A stretch of 19,977 bases of DNA from Lepidodermella squamata. Lineage: Eukaryota > Animalia > Gastrotricha. The notes under the pieces were generated by a model. It was not told where the DNA came from. It was given only the letters and a program-made list of their open reading frames with translations, and searched no databases. The DNA is taken from NCBI GenBank assembly GCA_047495785.1, contig JBLDXI010000142.1, positions 1 to 19,977 on the forward strand. The letters are read 5' to 3'. A program made the position numbers and the translations under genes. Positions within the stretch are counted from its first letter, which is position 1. Every line of letters starts with the position of its first letter. Below are positions 1 to 10,897 of this stretch, in pieces.

Positions 1-66
1 CAAATTTTCGGAAGCTTTTTTTCGCTCGATAATTCTGTATACAAAATTTCATAGATAGGAGCTTAC

Positions 67-810
67 CGTAATCTTCCGCAACGTGTTGATCCTTTGTATA
101 GTGAAATTTGACATCGTTAAGGTGGATCGCTACAACCAGGAAGGGCGCGTTTGGCTCCTCCGGTCGATAGAAACTTGCAAAGAATTGTTTAAATTTCGGC
201 GATTCAGACTGCGGCCCCGTCAGCCCCGTTAAATCGAGATAATCATTCGATAGCAGCAATATATTGACCTCTTTAATGTCGCATAATAGAGGCTTCTCGC
301 GGTCTGAAACCAACAAATGCCGGGTCGTGATTGCTCCAATAATCGACCGCTTTTCGGAGGGAATCTATAGTAAAAATATTCTAAAATAAAATAAATTTTC
401 AGAATTTTAGCAAATTACTGGAACAAAAGATGCGTTGAGAACATTCGCTGGAATCGTTATACCAGGTGCGATGGCCAGTTCGTAGTACGAGATGAGGAAT
501 GCCGTTACCACTTCATTCGGGCAATGGCTAAATCGATCCAACCCGGTTCTCAAGCAGCTTATCAGCGAAACAGCAGCTTTTTGCTTAGCCTGGTAGAAAA
601 GTTCAAGAGTTTCACGCTGGCCACTCAGCAGCTTGCTCGTAATGCCCATTTCTTGATTTTCGCAAAATGATTGACGGCCATGAAGGGTGTCTTCTTTGAT
701 GCAGAACAAACCAGCCGTATCGTTGTGCCGCGGCTCGGGCGGCCTGAAAATTGCCGCACCGTCCCAATCAACTCGAAGCGGCATTTGATTTATAGCCGAT
801 AGAAGCTTTT
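67..810 (-). CDS. Spliced gene of unknown function (exons 810-419 and 364-67; probably continues past the window start)
   Basis: Acceptor TTTTACTTAG before 810, first in-frame ATG at 784 (MPLRVDWDG...), open to the donor CCA|GTAATT at 419/418. A 54-nt intron ends CTATAG, then an in-frame open exon 364-67 (IPSEKRSIIGAITTRHLL...HVAEDY) ends at G|GTAAGC. No family recognised. Confidence 0.65.
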
Positions 811-1071
811 CTAAGTAAAAATAAAAAGAAAATGCGTCAAGGCGTGACAAATGTGTAAAATCTTAAAAATGTCCGAAATAAGGTCAACAATTTTTTCATT
901 TTTGAAAATTATTATTAAAATAAAAAAATCAGGTCATTGATTTCCGAACTTATATCAAATTTTCATAAATCATTTGACCTCATTTGGGACATTAACGGAC
1001 TGTGCGAGCTAATAATTAAAATTTTTTGGAAAAGTAAACTGTTAAGGAAAATATCTGAAAAAACGTCTTTT

Positions 1072-1461
1072 TCAATTTTTCTCACCTGACATTTTTGAAT
1101 CACAATTTTTCTGAAGTTGAGTTCTTCGCTTTATTGTTTCCAAATCAGCCGGCGGGCAGTTACACACCCTGTATGGCAGTTCGACGCATTGCGTTTCGGA
1201 AACTTGAATTTCGCGATGATTACAGCTATTTTCTAAATATTTCGACACGCCAGTGGCCCAATCTTGCGGCGTAATTGTCGCCGATGCGCGCAAATCGCCT
1301 TCAAACGCCCGCATGCCGGCTTTCAGCTTGCAATCACGCATGGTATGAACTAAAAAATCGCCATCCGAACAATCGACCTGGTTACAGGGAAATTTTTCCA
1401 GCGCAGAAACAACATAAAAATTTACGACTATCGCCGTGAAGATTGTTAAAATTTGCCTCAT
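1072..1461 (-). CDS. Intronless small secreted cysteine-rich protein, 129 aa
   Basis: ATG-to-stop ORF with higher GC than its flanks. Signal-peptide-like N-terminus MRQILTIFTAIVVNFYVVSA and 8 Cys in the mature part. Confidence 0.7.
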   Translation of the reverse strand: MRQILTIFTAIVVNFYVVSALEKFPCNQVDCSDGDFLVHTMRDCKLKAGMRAFEGDLRASATITPQDWATGVSKYLENSCNHREIQVSETQCVELPYRVCNCPPADLETIKRRTQLQKNCDSKMSGEKN

Positions 1462-1653
1462 AATTTTAGTAAAAAAATTCAGAAATTTAAAATGAAAATT
1501 TAGAAGTTATTGCATGCTCTCAGTTGGCAAAATGTGAACCAGCTTGAAGGACGCGTGGAGCTTATTTTATTTGAATCATCCCGGATTTGGACCCATCACC
1601 TTGTTTTCAAATAATTATTATTACAATTGCATTGAAGGTCAGTTATAATGATT

Positions 1654-3758
1654 TCAGGTATTGACAGGCTTTTGATTTGCGAAAATGCTTGGAGCTGAAA
1701 GAAGCAGCGAGCACGTCATAACAGCGGCTGATATGAAGAACATGTAAAGGCACAGGCGATCGATAACTGTGGCCGCGAATTGCCAGTCCGAAGCTTCGTC
1801 GCCACTGGCTTGGTCGTCGCGAAGTTTGTTTGTGATCACCTTGAGTTCGCGCAATATTGCCGTTAATTCATTGCGAGCTTCAATGTAGAGGAGCTAAAAA
1901 AAAAATTGGAAAAAATCAGATAAAGAAGATGATCTTGAAATCTTGAAATTTAAATTTTAAAATTAAACTGAAAACTCTTCGGATTTGGCTTGAGAATTTT
2001 ATTTTTGAAATTTTGTAAATTTTTAGAATTTTTTAGAAATTTAGAAATTTTGTAAATTTTGGGACTTTGAAATTTTTTGAAATTTTGAAATTGATGGGAA
2101 TCAAGCTTACCGAATATTGTTTGTTCGACTTTCTAAAATACGGCCGAGGTGATTCTTCATCCTCCTCTGGTTCGTCGTTAACTTTGTAATACGACTTGGG
2201 AACGCTGCTTTGAAAGGTTTTGACCAAGCCTCGAATATCATCATCGATATCGAGAACATTAGCTAGCAAACTTCTAGACGTTCGCTCATCGATTTTTTGA
2301 ATAATTCGATCGCCAATCAAGCCTTTGCGCGACAAATCATGCCCAGGGCGTTCCATGCGCAAAAACCAGGCCAACCACTGGCAAATGCCCTTTTTGACCC
2401 AGATAGGCATTTCGTGAGTTTCGGGGCGTCGGAACGAGAAATTCAGCACCCAAATGGTCAAAATGACAGTCAAAGAACACAGCACCATGGTAGCAGCGAA
2501 GTAATATCCTAAAAAATAGGAATTAAGGCTACCTATATAATCTCTCGGCGCAAAAAAACTAACCAATAATAGGAATTTCATCATTAGGTGGCAATGTTTC
2601 CGCGACCAGTTGCAAAAATACGGTAAGTGATAGCAAAATTGTGACACCTTGAAGATCGAAAATTAAGTTTCAATCTTTTTTCCCAATTTTTTTCCTTACC
2701 TAACGAAATTTTTTCACCGCTCTCCACTGGAAGTGTGAAGGTAAGGAAAGCAATACTCGACCTAGTTAAAGTGATGATTTTCGAAAAATTCCTTAATAAA
2801 AATTGAATTACAAAATGACTGAAGGGACAATCAAGTTGAAAACGTAGTAGAGTGGCCGTCTGAGAATGATTATCGTAAAAATCAGCTCGATCCATGGGAT
2901 ATCGCTGCCTTCGTAAAATTTGACATTTTTTCGAGCGGGCATTCCTATAATTAGGATTTATAATTAAAATTCATTTTTTAAGCAATTTTTATACCTAATA
3001 AATCCCATTCTCCGTTTTTGATGTAGGTACTAGTGTCGCCACTATCTCCCTGAAGGGACACGTTCAAACTGTTTCCGTCTGAAAAAAATTCCGAGATTTT
3101 TTAATTGTTTCTAAAATAAATTTCCTTACCATAAGTCCAACTTCCGAATTTGAGTTCACAGCGCTGTTCATCGAACGGAAACCATTCGATTTTCATGTTG
3201 CACGTTGCCTTGAAAATGCCCGGCGGGATCCACTTCACCTTACCGTAGTTGTAAATTTGCGCATTAATCGGATAAGCGGCGTCGAATTGTTCATCGGCTG
3301 AGTTGTACATCAACACATCGGGCCGCCAAATTTCAGCGATCGGTAAATTTATAACGGTAATATTGCCGTATTTAGCCGGGTTCCAGCTGAGGCGATAATC
3401 GAACCATTCTATGTTCAACATAATGTTGGTATGAATCACTAAATAAATGGATAATAAATTGGAATAAAATCTGCTTTATAAAATTATTCATACTCTGATA
3501 TTTTTCATCCACGTCGAGAATTTGTTGTAGTGTCAAACTCATGTTGACAAGAAGAGCCTCTCGGTCATCGATAACCGGACGTTCGAGGACTTGATAGTCG
3601 GTGAACAGGTGCTTCAATAAAGCTCCCTCATCCTTACCCTGTTCCGACTCTGAAATCAATAAAAACATAAACATAACATTAATTAAACTATTTTGATGGA
3701 AATTACCTTTGAGAAATCCACTCGCAAGAATTAAAATCACGGCTAATAAATAACTCAT
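1654..3758 (-). CDS. nAChR gene B: alpha7-like-group non-alpha subunit, 9 exons, 505 aa predicted
   Basis: Exons 3758-3707, 3649-3494, 3438-3130, 3078-2995, 2944-2812, 2761-2700, 2647-2564, 2508-2111, 1893-1654, all GT-AG, total 1518 nt in frame. Signal peptide, [12 protein letters not shown], Cys-loop CNMKIEWFPFDEQRC, loop B WTY, loop C FYEGSDIPW (no Cys-Cys), [12 protein letters not shown]2 [33 protein letters not shown]4 after DWQFAATVIDRLCL. Confidence 0.93.
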
Positions 3759-3841
3759 TATTCTAATTCCTATAATAAATAGAATGAATTAATAAAGGAT
3801 ACGAAGCCAGAGTTATGCCAACCTATACCTAATTAGAAATC

Positions 3842-3949
3842 TCCTAATCCTAAGCCTAACCTCAACCTTAACCTTAACCTTAAACTTAATCCTAACCCTA
3901 ACCCTAACCCTAACCCTGACCCTAACCCTAACTCCAACTGCAACTCTAG
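3842..3949 (-). repeat. Interstitial telomere-like hexamer array (TTAGGG core, degenerate flanks)
   Basis: About 18 in-phase hexamers. Core 3896-3931 has five CCCTAA and one CCCTGA. Flanks decay to TTAAGG/TTAGGA/TTAGGC as read on the minus strand. Confidence 0.9.
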
Positions 3950-3963
3950 CTCGAATGGTCCTA

Positions 3964-4238
3964 CAGGGTGTCTTATAAAATAGAGTAAATAAAAAATTAG
4001 GCACACTAAAATTGATTAATGAGTCTAAACCGAGACGATAATATAGGACCTTATGGTATGAAATGCTTGGAAATGCTTGAAAATCAGAAAAAACAGGTAA
4101 AATACCGAAAATTACCAAGCAATTCCTATTAGGCTTTTATTCGGGTTCCCATTCGGTGAAAACGTAATGGAGGGATACAACATGTGTTTTTAGCTATAAT
4201 TTAGTAGAAAACCATAATTCAACTTTTGGGACACCCTC
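3964..4238. mobile_element. Degenerate Tc1/mariner-like MITE, copy 1
   Basis: TA|CAGGGTGTC at the left and TGGGACACCCT at the right. Internal GGTAAAATACCGAAAATTACC... aligns with the element at 4884-5228. Confidence 0.5.
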
Positions 4239-4883
4239 GATATTATTGGGAAAAAACGAATATCCGATAGCTAAAAAACAAATGTTATCGGTTAATCTGT
4301 AATAGTTCCATATAGCGTTCTGGGAGGTTCGTATCAGTCTCAAGATGCGACCCCTTATTAATTACCATTAGGAGTTTTATTACAGAGGCGCATTCGGAAT
4401 GCTTTTGCGGTGTTTGCGCAAGTGATATTATCGCAACGCGACACGATAGCCGCGCAGTAGGCAAAACAAACTCGCATAAACATGCCTCTTGATTCCAGGC
4501 ATCATACGTTCCACCCTCTTCAGGTGAACACGGCACAAAGCAGTACTTGTGATGCGCTTTCATGCGCTTGCAATGTCATGTTAAATGCTTTTTACCTATA
4601 TCTCATCCTACATATATACCTGTTGTCATAGAAAACGACATGTGGACAGCAAATAAAATGTAAGAGTCGTATTATAGAGGAACACAACTTATCTTTTCCC
4701 TTGGCATTCTATATAGCCTAGATGCTTCTGACAGCACTTGGCCCAATAATTCGAAATAATAGGAATTGTGAGTGCTAAAGTCGAGTAGTTCCAGGTAGCC
4801 ATTTAAATTGAAGGGAAGATTGAAGGGATAGTTAGGAAAATTAATTTACTTAAATATTAAATATGGAAAAAACAGGAATATTA

Positions 4884-5228
4884 CAGCGTGTCCCAAAATA
4901 CCTGAAAAAGGGATCAGGTGAAGTCAAATCTCACGGCCAGAAAAATCTTGCGAAAATTCAAAATACCATGAGAATAGCAATGAAATATGCCGCTTGTCCA
5001 TGGGGTCAAAAAATCCGGAAAAAGTTGGTTCAACTGGGTAAAATGCCGAAAATTACCGAACCAGTTACCATCAGGTTTCCGCGGGTTTTCTCCGGTAAAC
5101 TCCTAGTGAATTCGTGGATAATGGATGAAATATTTCACCGGTAGGTTTAATTTCAAAATATTAGTTGCATTTTATGAAACAAAAGTTTCACAATTAAAAA
5201 AATGGTTTCGCATAAATGGGACATGCTG
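4884..5228. mobile_element. Tc1/mariner-like MITE, copy 2 (345 bp)
   Basis: TIRs CAGCGTGTCCCA and TGGGACATGCTG (11/12 match) with TA on both sides. The inverted match extends to 18/19 including flanks (4877-4895 vs 5217-5235). No transposase. Confidence 0.65.
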
Positions 5229-5393
5229 TAATATTTTTTCATTTTTTTAGGTTGAACTATTACCATTTACCAACGAACCCAAAACCAGGTTTCACAAGCA
5301 TTTTTATTGCTAATAAAATATCAACATTCAAATAATGCTAAAAATTGAAATAATAATTAAGCTGTAATAAAATATTTGCGCATTTTTTCAATT

Positions 5394-7840
5394 TTAAGCA
5401 AAAATATTAGGAGCGGATAGCAGAATCGTCGATGTCGAAATGAGCGTAGAAAACAGAAAAACATAAAGGCAAAGCCGATCGACGACCATAGCAGCAAATT
5501 TCCAATCTGACGCCTCTTCGTCCTTAGCCTCGTCTTCCCGTAATTTATTCGTAACAACTCGAATTTCGCGTAAAATTGCCGATAGTTCACTTCGAGCAGT
5601 GTTGTAAATTTGCTAGAAAAAAATCCAAAAAATTGAATTTTCTCGGAAAATTCCAGAATTTTTACCGCGTGCATTCTATCTTCAGCTCGTTTTTTCAGGG
5701 CGATTTCTTCCGAGATTGTTTTCACGCGATAATCCGATATCGATTTGACCGGCGTCAGTTGAAAATCGCTGGTTTGGAAAGTATTGATAACGCAGCGAAT
5801 GTCATCGTCCAAATCGAGGACATTCGCAAGTAAACTGCGCGAACTTCGATCGTCGAGCAGACGTTTGCGGCTTGCGATGAGGCCTTTTCGGGTCAAATCG
5901 CGGCCTGGTCGCTGCATTCGAAGTAACCACGCCATCCATTGGCACAGGCCACGCTTCACCCACATTGGCATGACGTGGGTTTCGGGCCGTCTCGAATGGA
6001 AATTTAGCACAAGAACGGTGAAAATGACCGAAAGTGAACACATTAGCATAGTACAGGCGAAATAGATTCCTCAAAAAAAACAGAAAAATTTGAATTAAAA
6101 AGTAAACATGATTTTTAAAAATTAATTAATCATGCGGAAAAATGAATTATGAAATTTTGAAATTTTAAACATTTTTGAAAATTTGAAAATTTGAAAACTA
6201 GTTGAAATTATTGCCTAATTACCTATTAATGGAATGGCATCACTTGTAGGAGGCATTGCTTCAGCTACCAGTAGCAAGAAGACAGTAAGAGACAGCAGAA
6301 TGGTCACGCCTGAGTGAGCAAGAAAATATTATCGAAATTTCATCAAAAATTGGTAATTCACCGAGAGAAATTTTTTCTCCACTCTCGACAGGTAGTGTGA
6401 AGGAGAGAAGTGCAATGCTGGACCTATATAGATGAAAGGGTTCGTGAGGAAAAGGCGTGCTCTCATTTTTCGGAAGAAACAATACAAAATGACAGATGGA
6501 ACGATGAGGTTGAAAACGTAGTAAAGGCCGCGGCGTCGAATAATTATCACGTAAGCAACGTCGATCCACGGCACGATTTTCTCGGGCTCGTAATACTTGA
6601 CGTTGCGCCTCGCTGGCATACCTTTGAAAAATCAATCATGCGTGAAATTAGGGAAAATCAGTGAGACATTTCTCATGCAAAAGGTGGAATAAAATCTAAA
6701 TTTCAATCCTTAATACCGAAACTAATTCTTTCGTGACTGACTGGCATTAGAAATGTGGCCACAGATAGCGACGTGAACAGGGTGGCTGGAGCGAAGAAAT
6801 TTGTTGAAATAAATAGCTTTCCACGGCGAATATGAACGAAAAAGTGAGCCGATGGAAAGGCCATACCCGGGCAACACTCATAGACATAAGTCCGCATTTC
6901 AGCTGGCATTCCTTTAAATTCCCCGTAAAATCGTTCGTGCTATAACTGTGAAAATTCGAAAATTTAGAAAAATTCGTATTACCTAAGAGAGTCCATTCTC
7001 CATTTTTTATAAACGCGCTGATATCGCCGGAATCTCTCATCAAAGTTAGATTCAACTTTGTCCCATCTGAAAATTAATTTTCCAATTTTAGAAAATTATT
7101 TTAGGGAAAATAAACCGTAGGTCCAGCTTCCGAATTTCATTTCGCATTGTTGATCGTCGAAAGGGAACCATTGAATGTTGATGTTACACGTTGATTTGAA
7201 CATGCCAGGTGGCACCCATTTCACCTGGCCAGATGAGTCTATAACAGCATGTGTCGGGAATGTCGCGTCAAATTTCTCATCAGCCTGGGGGGAAATTCAC
7301 GAATTTTTACCGAAGGGCGCCAATTTTTTTTCAATTTTACCGAATTGTACATAAGAACGTCCGGTCGCCAAATTTGAACAATAGGAATGTTTATAACTGT
7401 GATATTATCAAAATCCCTCGGTTCCTGAAAAAAAATAGAACATTTTTAAATTAAAGTTTGTTGGTCAAATATTTTTACCCATGTAAAACGGTAATCGTAC
7501 CAAATTAAATTGAGCCAGACGTTAGAATTGATGACTAAAAACAAATTGATGTGAAATGTTGGGTAAAAAAGCCCAGTTTACCTTGGTACTTTTCGTCCAC
7601 ATCGATAATTTGTTGAAGGGTGAGGCCAAATTGAACTTCCAGGGCGTCATCATCATTAACAACGGGCCGTTCCAAAATTTCATAATTATTAAATAATTTT
7701 GCTAATAACGCCTTTTCAGCCGCTCCTTGCAGGGTGACTGGAAAATCGAGAGGCACATAAATCGATTCAATTTATGAAAAATAATTCTTACCTTGAATAT
7801 GCTCGACTGCAATTAAGAACAAAATTGGGACCACTAGCAT
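5394..7840 (-). CDS. nAChR gene A, left-arm copy (alternative exons 7a 6911-6717 versus 7b 6621-6486 + 7c 6423-6362)
   Basis: Mirror of 15121-17567. ATG at 7840, TAA ending at 5394. Confidence 0.92.
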
Positions 7841-8654
7841 GCTCGGAATCGGGAAATTCGGTACTTTGTTGTCGGGTTTTATTATACTGAGTGATAAAAA
7901 ATCGAACGCGACTCAATAATATGGTGGTCAAAACTTGCCGGCGATAATTCAATCATCATCGCTTAATTCGGAATAGGGCGATTTTTTTCGCCAAGTTTGA
8001 TTGCATTATCAAGAGTATCGTTTCCTAATACCGCTGGCGGGCCAGAAATAAACACGAATAACAAGTTAATCCGCCGATAAAAATCGCCTGCGAAAAACTA
8101 AGGGTTTTGTTATTATTGAAAACGGATTGCTTTTATGTATCTGTCATAGTATAGTAACAATTCTGGGACTTGTTGTTTACGCAAGCGTAGAAGGAGCGGC
8201 AGTAAATAATGCGACAGCAGATCGTCATTTTTCACGCGCTTCGTGAGACAAGCGACGCGCAGTGCGGCAGTGAATAGAACCCGGCAGGATGCTCATTTAC
8301 GACACTTGGTCACGTTCTGGATTCCGACACCATTTAACAGGCCCTGATGATGATGGCAACATCAGGCTATAACCAAAACGAGACAGCAGCTAATCATTAG
8401 GACGACGAAAAAGCATTGTGCGCGTTAATTGGTAGTTATCATTTGACAAGTGTGCGCATTAAAATTAGGCTACAGCAGTGCGCAGTCAAATAAAAACTGG
8501 TGTTTGTTATTTCTTGCTCTGAATTAGCGTAATTGGTAAACAATTACTTACATCAAACAACGAATGGCTCTCGGGACGAGGATTACGCCAACATGATACG
8601 CATTGGCTTTAAAAGTGATTGAAATTTGCCGAAATTTTTTTAAAAATTCTGAAA

Positions 8655-9008
8655 ATGGCTTCACCAACAGAAATCGAGCAATTTCGTGCGGAGACAGTGT
8701 CGAAATTGGACGGCATTTTTCAATTTGTCAACCAATCTCGCAGTCCTGAATTGATGGCGAAAATGGCGCAGTGGATGAAGCGAATCAGCCAGGCGGTTGA
8801 AAACGGCGGGGCAGATTTGGCTGCTTATCGACGCGATGAAGAGCAGCGTTACCTGGCAGAAGTTACACAGCTGATTGATTCGATTGTTCGAAAACAAACG
8901 CCACGTGACATGTACGAGCGGCACCCGGTTATGGCGGCGATGCTTTGCGGCCGACTTCACAATTCGGCAATCGCCCGCAGCCGAGTGCCTAAGAAGTTCA
9001 GCCTGTGA
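8655..9008 (+). CDS. Intronless orphan protein, 117 aa (MASPTEIEQF...KKFSL)
   Basis: ATG in AAAATGG context at 8655, GC-richer than its flanks, helical-looking sequence, AATAAA at 9123-9128. No family recognised. Confidence 0.55.
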   Translation: MASPTEIEQFRAETVSKLDGIFQFVNQSRSPELMAKMAQWMKRISQAVENGGADLAAYRRDEEQRYLAEVTQLIDSIVRKQTPRDMYERHPVMAAMLCGRLHNSAIARSRVPKKFSL

Positions 9009-10117
9009 ACTATATCTCGAATTTCTGTGAATTTAAATCATCTTTGTTTCCATGGTTACTCATGCATACCGGTTGTCATTTATCTCTCTCCAGGCGCTTT
9101 TTTGTCAAAGCAGTTTTCTTTCAATAAAACCCATGAAAAATGTTTTTCACACGATTTTCGAATCCTTTTAACGCTGTGCAATGTTTTACCGTAGAAAGCT
9201 CTTACAGTGGACAAACCCATATGTTTTCGGGTCTAGAAAATCAGGAGAAATTACACACGAAACTGAAATTTTCAGAAAATATTTATTTCAAGAATTTCTA
9301 GAATTTTTACATTTTCCCTCGATTTTTTAAAACTCTACTTGTAACAATGAATTCTAATGTCCATCTACTATTAGTCCCAAGAGAAAAACGCTGTTTTCAC
9401 AGAAACATTCCTTTCGATGACATCTTTTTTTGACCAATCGATCGCCAGTGCGCGAAGTAGGATCCTCGAACTAGGGGGTACTTTCGGGCCCTAATTTCAT
9501 GGCCACAGTGTCCTCCCTGCGGTTTTTTGGGGGTTTTCCACTTTGGCCCGCCGAACTGGAGGGTACACGACCGCCCTACAGCTTTTACGGCCACGCAAAG
9601 TTACTTTTTTTATACATTCGCTGAGAATATATGCTGAGAATAAGGTTTCCGGCATCTTGTCAGATCTGCGGCAGAAGAAGTCACCGCGTGAACCCGGTTT
9701 GCTCGGCAAATCCCGCTTTTGATATACCTCGGTACAAATCGCTGAAAAACATTCTACTGCTATAAATCAGCACGCAGTGCTTGAAAATAAACACGCCCTC
9801 AATTACCTGTCTGTTATTTGGCTGAAATGAGAGCAGCACCACCTGTTGAATGAAAAAAACTCATCATCACTCAAAAGCCGCAAATATAATGCGTTACATA
9901 TATTTTTTTATTTCGAAAAAAAAATTAAATTCAATGCCAGGATTATTCCCAGTGCATTGCTTTTTTTACGCCGCTATTCAGGCGACGCGAAAAAAAAAAT
10001 TGAGGCAAGTTTTTTTGCAATGAAAGCAGCCCCACGCACTATTTACCACCTGTCGCCACAACACTCGGTAGGTTTTTTGTTTCATCCATCCATCAAAAAA
10101 AGACGGCGATTTTTTTG

Positions 10118-10897
10118 TCACTGAATCGCGATTGAGGCGCGTCGGGCCGTAGCGAGCTGCTGAAAATGCGCCGCGTTGGCTATGCGATTGATGTCGCGCG
10201 CATCGAACGACAACGGCTTGAAAATGTCGTCGCGAATGTGCGCGCACATGACTTGTTCAGCCTTACTCAAATCATCGAAATACGCCTTTAAATTAAGGTC
10301 CAACAACTGGCGTGACGCGGCACCCGTTAGCAACACATCCACGCCTAACCGCTGACCTTCAGTGTAAGAATACGCGTTAGCCAGGCGTTCTAAAACGTAT
10401 TTCGAGAGTTGGCACGTGGTAACAGCCTTGCGAGATGCAACTCGCATTTCTGGGGTTATAGCCATCCAGTCCGGGATTTCGTGGCTGCTAAGCAGGCCCA
10501 TGCTAAGGGCTGACGCGTTGATAACGCCGACGCCTTTTTCCTTGAAAAACGGCACGTACTCCGCGAGGCCTTGGTCGATTAACGTCAGCCGTGAGTGGCT
10601 GAGAATTGCGTCGATTTTCACCGGGCTTCGCTCGACGATTTCTTTCATTTTAGGCAGGTCGTACGACGTGACGCCTATGTATTTGCACACGCCTTTTTGG
10701 CGCATTTTGTCGAGGAATGGCAGCGTTTCGCTGAGCAGCGTTTCGATTGAACGCTCGGCGTAGTCGAAGTCGTGAACTTGTACGAGGTCGAGGTAGTTGG
10801 TTCGCAGTAGCTTCAGGCTGTTTTCAATGCTGGATTCGGCGCGTTGTGCGCTTAGGTCGAATGTTTTGAGAATATCCTGATTTGGATACCTGCCAAC
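10118..10897 (-). CDS. Aldo-keto reductase (L-galactose dehydrogenase-like), last exon only, left-arm copy
   Basis: Mirror of 12063-12842. Confidence 0.8.
   Translation of the reverse strand, partial: VGRYPNQDILKTFDLSAQRAESSIENSLKLLRTNYLDLVQVHDFDYAERSIETLLSETLPFLDKMRQKGVCKYIGVTSYDLPKMKEIVERSPVKIDAILSHSRLTLIDQGLAEYVPFFKEKGVGVINASALSMGLLSSHEIPDWMAITPEMRVASRKAVTTCQLSKYVLERLANAYSYTEGQRLGVDVLLTGAASRQLLDLNLKAYFDDLSKAEQVMCAHIRDDIFKPLSFDARDINRIANAAHFQQLATARRASIAIQ

Noticed and set aside
1-66. Possible 32-nt intron (66-35) followed by an in-frame exon
   Set aside because: Shorter than all other introns here (47 nt or more) and cut by the window edge, so it cannot be confirmed.
3813-4118. 101-aa ORF with an RVRVRV run (mirror 18843-19148)
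   Set aside because: Translation of the TTAGGG array plus MITE sequence.
4285-4563. 92-aa Cys-containing ORF (mirror 18398-18676)
   Set aside because: No signal peptide, recognisable motif or splice support; cannot be supported as coding.
4863-5144. 93-aa ORF (mirror 17817-18098)
   Set aside because: Lies almost wholly inside the MITE and shows no transposase motifs.
5357-7756. ORF-track entries here treated as separate genes or as a frameshifted pseudogene
   Set aside because: They are exon fragments, alternative frames or antisense shadows; GT-AG splicing gives one intact frame.
8344-8370. CTGATGA followed by a TGATG-GCAA-CATCA stem-loop, resembling a hammerhead ribozyme core
   Set aside because: The required GAAA after stem II is absent (GGCT) and I could not find stems I and III.
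9380-9720. GC-richer block with short ORFs and a GCTGAGAATA duplication, possibly a repeat or ncRNA
   Set aside because: No convincing TIRs, Helitron ends or RNA family motifs found by eye; needs a genome-wide BLAST.
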